Origin: Candidatus Dormiibacterota bacterium
GTDB taxonomy: Bacteria; Chloroflexota; Dormibacteria; Aeolococcales; Aeolococcaceae
Assembly: GCA_049283735.1 (NCBI GenBank)
Contig: JBAPWO010000146.1
Location: 1,473-65,472, forward strand
Length of the DNA stretch: 64,000 bases
Direction of reading: 5' to 3'
Shown here: positions 61,459 through 64,000 of the stretch, piece after piece
Numbering within the stretch: the stretch's first letter is position 1
Layout of the letters: each line of letters opens with the position of its first letter
The notes under the pieces: model-generated
Told to the model about the DNA's origin: nothing
Seen by the model: only the letters and a program-made list of their open reading frames with translations
The model's database searches: none
Translations under genes and position numbers: made by a program

Positions 61459-63492
61459 CTATCGGGAGTGGACCGGACGCCCCCTGCCGCGGTGCGTCTG
61501 CGCCGGTTCCGGCTCCTCCTCCCCTTCGAGGCGGCGGCGCAACTGGACCAGGCGATCGCGCAGCTCCGCGGCCCGCTCGAACTCGAGGTCGCGCGCCGCG
61601 CGGAGCATCTCCTTCTCCACGTCCTTGGCCAGGCGCAGCACCTCGTCGGGCGGCAACCCGGACGCCTCCTGGAATGCCGCGGCGCGAAGCGACTGCTGGT
61701 CGCGATGCGATTCCATCTGGTACACGGCCTTGACGATCGACAGCGGCGTGATGTCGTGCTCGACGTTGTAGGCGACCTGGATCGCCCGGCGCCGGTCGGT
61801 CTCGGCGATCGCTCTCTCCATCGCGTCCGACATCCGGTCGGCGTACATCACCACGTGTCCGAGGACGTTACGGGCGGCGCGTCCGGTGGTCTGGATGAGT
61901 GACCGGTAGCCGCGGAGATAGCCCTCCTTGTCGGCGTCGAGGATGCCGATGAACGACACCTCGGGAAGGTCGAGCCCCTCGCGGAGCAGGTTGATCCCCA
62001 CCAGCACGTCGAACACACCGAGGCGCAGGTCGCGGATGATCTCGACGCGCTCGAGCGTGTCGATATCGCTGTGCAGGTATCGCACTTTGATCCCGGCCTC
62101 GCGCAGGTAGTCGGTCAGGTCCTCGGCCATCTTCTTGGTCAGGGTGGTGATCAGGCAGCGTTCGTGCCGCTCGATACGCCGTCGCATCTGGGCGATGAGA
62201 TCGTCGATCTGCCCGTGGGACTCCTTGACCTCGATGGTCGGATCGACGAGGCCTGTGGGCCGGATGATCTGCTCCACCACCTGGGTCGCGCGTCCTTCCT
62301 CGTACGGACCGGGCGTCGCGCTCACGTAGATGATCTGACCGATCATCGAGTCCCATTCGGCGAACGTCAGGGGCCGGTTGTCGAGCGCCGACGGGAGGCG
62401 AAACCCATACTCCACCAGGGGGATCTTGCGAGCGCGATCGCCCTTGTTCATGCCGTCGATCTGGGGAACCGCGACGTGCGACTCGTCGACGATCAGGAGC
62501 GCGTCGTCGGGCAGAAAGTCGAGCAGGCAGTGCGGGCGCTGGCCCTCCGCGCGACCGCTCAGGTGACGCGAGTAGTTCTCGATGCCGGCGCAGGTCCCGG
62601 TCTCGCGCATCATCTCCATGTCGAAGTTGGTGCGCTGGCGCAGGCGCTGGGCCTCGAGCAGACGCCCGCGGGTTTCGAGCAGCTTCACGCGCTCCTCGAG
62701 CTCTGCTTCGATGGAGACGAGCGCCCGTTCCATCTGCTCCTGTGGGGTCACGTAGTGAGTGGCCGGGAAGACCGTCAGCTCGTCGCGCATGGTGAGGATC
62801 TCACCGGTGAGCGCATCGAAGTCCTTGATCGACTCGATGGTGTCGCCCATGAACTCGATGCGGGTCGCGATCTCCTCATACGCGGGCTGGACGTCGACGA
62901 CGTCGCCGCGCACCCGAAAGCGCGTGCGTCCAAAGTCCATGTCGTTGCGCGCGTACTGCAGGTCGGAGAGCTTGCGCAGCAGGATGTCCCGGCGCCACGA
63001 CTCGCCGCGCTTGACGGTGATCGACTCGCCCAGGTAGTTCTCCGGCGAGCCGATGCCGTAGATGCACGAGATCGATGCGACAACGACCACGTCGCGCCGG
63101 GTGAGCAGCGCGCGGGTCGCGCTGTTGCGCAACCGGTCGATCTCGTCGTTGCGCGACGAATCCTTCTCGATGTACGTGTCGGTGCGCGGGATGTAGGCCT
63201 CGGGCTGGTAGAAGTCGTAGTACGAGACGAAGTACTCCACCGCGTTCTTGGGGAAGAACTCGCGGAACTCGGCCCAGAGCTGAGCGGCGAGCGTCTTGTT
63301 GGGCGAGAGCACCAGCGTCGGACGCTGTTGCTCGGCGATCACGTTGGCGATGGTGAAGGTCTTGCCCGACCCGGTCACCCCGAGCAGGATCTGCTCGCGC
63401 TGGCCCTCGGTCAGCCCGCGATTGAGCGCCGTGATCGCTGAGGGCTGATCACCGGCGGGTTCGAAGGGCGCGAGCAACTCGAGGGCGGGCAC
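61459..63492 (-). CDS. uvrB: excinuclease ABC subunit B
   Basis: Motifs GVTGSGKTF and DESH, helicase motifs, and the C-terminal UVR domain [10 protein letters not shown]. Confidence 0.92.
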   Translation of the reverse strand: MPALELLAPFEPAGDQPSAITALNRGLTEGQREQILLGVTGSGKTFTIANVIAEQQRPTLVLSPNKTLAAQLWAEFREFFPKNAVEYFVSYYDFYQPEAYIPRTDTYIEKDSSRNDEIDRLRNSATRALLTRRDVVVVASISCIYGIGSPENYLGESITVKRGESWRRDILLRKLSDLQYARNDMDFGRTRFRVRGDVVDVQPAYEEIATRIEFMGDTIESIKDFDALTGEILTMRDELTVFPATHYVTPQEQMERALVSIEAELEERVKLLETRGRLLEAQRLRQRTNFDMEMMRETGTCAGIENYSRHLSGRAEGQRPHCLLDFLPDDALLIVDESHVAVPQIDGMNKGDRARKIPLVEYGFRLPSALDNRPLTFAEWDSMIGQIIYVSATPGPYEEGRATQVVEQIIRPTGLVDPTIEVKESHGQIDDLIAQMRRRIERHERCLITTLTKKMAEDLTDYLREAGIKVRYLHSDIDTLERVEIIRDLRLGVFDVLVGINLLREGLDLPEVSFIGILDADKEGYLRGYRSLIQTTGRAARNVLGHVVMYADRMSDAMERAIAETDRRRAIQVAYNVEHDITPLSIVKAVYQMESHRDQQSLRAAAFQEASGLPPDEVLRLAKDVEKEMLRAARDLEFERAAELRDRLVQLRRRLEGEEEPEPAQTHRGRGRPVHSR

Positions 63493-63533
63493 CCTTTGAG
63501 TCTAATCGCTGCCGAACTGGCGCCGAATTCGGC

Positions 63534-64000
63534 TCAGATCACCGCGCGATAGATCTCCTCGAGGCGCGCGCCGATCGCGTCCCACGAGTGCTCGGCGAGC
63601 ACGACCTCGCGTCCGCGCGTTCCCGTCTCGGCGCGACGGTCGGGGTCGGCGAGCAGCTCGCTCGCCGCGGCGCGGAGAGCGGGAAGGTCGCCGGCGGGAA
63701 CCAGGACCCCACCGGCGCCGACGGCATCACGGAGCCCGTCGACGTCGAAGCCGACGACCGGGGTCCCGGCGGCCTGAGCCTCGAGCGCGACCATGCCCAG
63801 CCCCTCGAACCGCGAGGGCATCACCACGATCGCGGCTCGCGCGTACTCGTGGTTGAGCGCTTCGCGGCCGAGCGCGCCCAGGTACTCGATCCTGCCCCGG
63901 CTCGATTCCGCCGCACGGCGCACGTCGGCCTCGAGACCGCCGCCCCCGACCATGACACCGTGCACCCCTGGATCCGCTTCGGTGAGCGCCTGGAGGACGG
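63534..64000 (-). CDS. glycosyltransferase family 4, C-terminal part (5' end outside window)
   Basis: EX7E region PSRFEGLGMVALEAQAAGTPVV. The frame remains open to the window edge. Confidence 0.7.
   Translation of the reverse strand, partial: VLQALTEADPGVHGVMVGGGGLEADVRRAAESSRGRIEYLGALGREALNHEYARAAIVVMPSRFEGLGMVALEAQAAGTPVVGFDVDGLRDAVGAGGVLVPAGDLPALRAAASELLADPDRRAETGTRGREVVLAEHSWDAIGARLEEIYRAVI

Noticed and set aside
63493-63533. LexA/Cheo box upstream of uvrB
   Set aside because: GAAC and GTTC half-sites are present (GAACTGGCGCC..., GAATTCGGCGCCAGTTC), but with 9-nt rather than 4-nt spacing. The GCCGAATTCGGC palindrome is more likely a short hairpin after the upstream GT4 gene.
1-64000. 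CRISPR arrays, IS elements or transposases, rRNA genes, prophage or defence islands
   Set aside because: No regularly spaced repeats, no transposase- or integrase-like ORFs and no rRNA-like sequence were seen. The PIN, NYN, WYL and MoxR/vWA genes present sit in housekeeping or catabolic contexts rather than defence-island contexts.

Overview
High-GC bacterial chromosomal segment, almost entirely coding. I call about 62 protein genes, 2 tRNA-Thr genes (GGU and UGU anticodons) and 1 decayed gene. I recognised no rRNA, CRISPR array, transposase, integrase or phage genes.

Content from left to right:
- GT-C membrane glycosyltransferase (partial).
- A minus-strand operon for hydroquinone ring cleavage: two-subunit dioxygenase, aldehyde dehydrogenase and maleylacetate reductase. 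It ends in a translationally coupled MoxR AAA+ ATPase, and a CoxE-type vWA gene lies divergent to it.
- An aromatic amino-acid locus with two unusual fusion genes: chorismate mutase + prephenate dehydratase + ACT + DAHP synthase, and TyrA + a second ACT-less prephenate dehydratase domain.
- ppc and glycerate-pathway genes (reductase, hyi, glxK).
- Envelope genes: GT-C-like protein and two beta-propeller lipoproteins.
- Nramp transporter, two S51 peptidase paralogues (one decayed), GGDEF protein, gabD-like ALDH and alkB.
- Two DHA2-type MFS pumps, one with a divergent TetR gene; a separate TetR gene sits next to a small ORF and an SDR. Also a polysaccharide deacetylase plus GT4, ndh, a secreted beta-helix protein, and hutF plus an M20 amidohydrolase.
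- UbiA prenyltransferase, WYL regulator, HAD hydrolase and Crp.
- A Bacillus-like housekeeping operon, radA-PIN/TRAM-ispD-ispF-cysS-rlmB-NYN(-fabF), followed by uvrB.

Most notable observations:
1. MoxR and vWA are embedded in the hydroquinone dioxygenase operon.
2. The two aromatic-pathway fusion architectures.
3. ispD has no canonical start codon and probably initiates at a CTG that overlaps the upstream stop.
4. A 24-nt perfect palindrome lies directly in front of the vWA gene.
5. A consensus promoter is followed by a repeat-containing ~160-nt leader upstream of the UbiA gene.
6. TAnnnT -10 boxes sit 6-10 nt from start codons at many genes, suggesting widespread leaderless mRNAs.

All functional calls come from reading the translated ORFs and recognising motifs. 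No database search was run.
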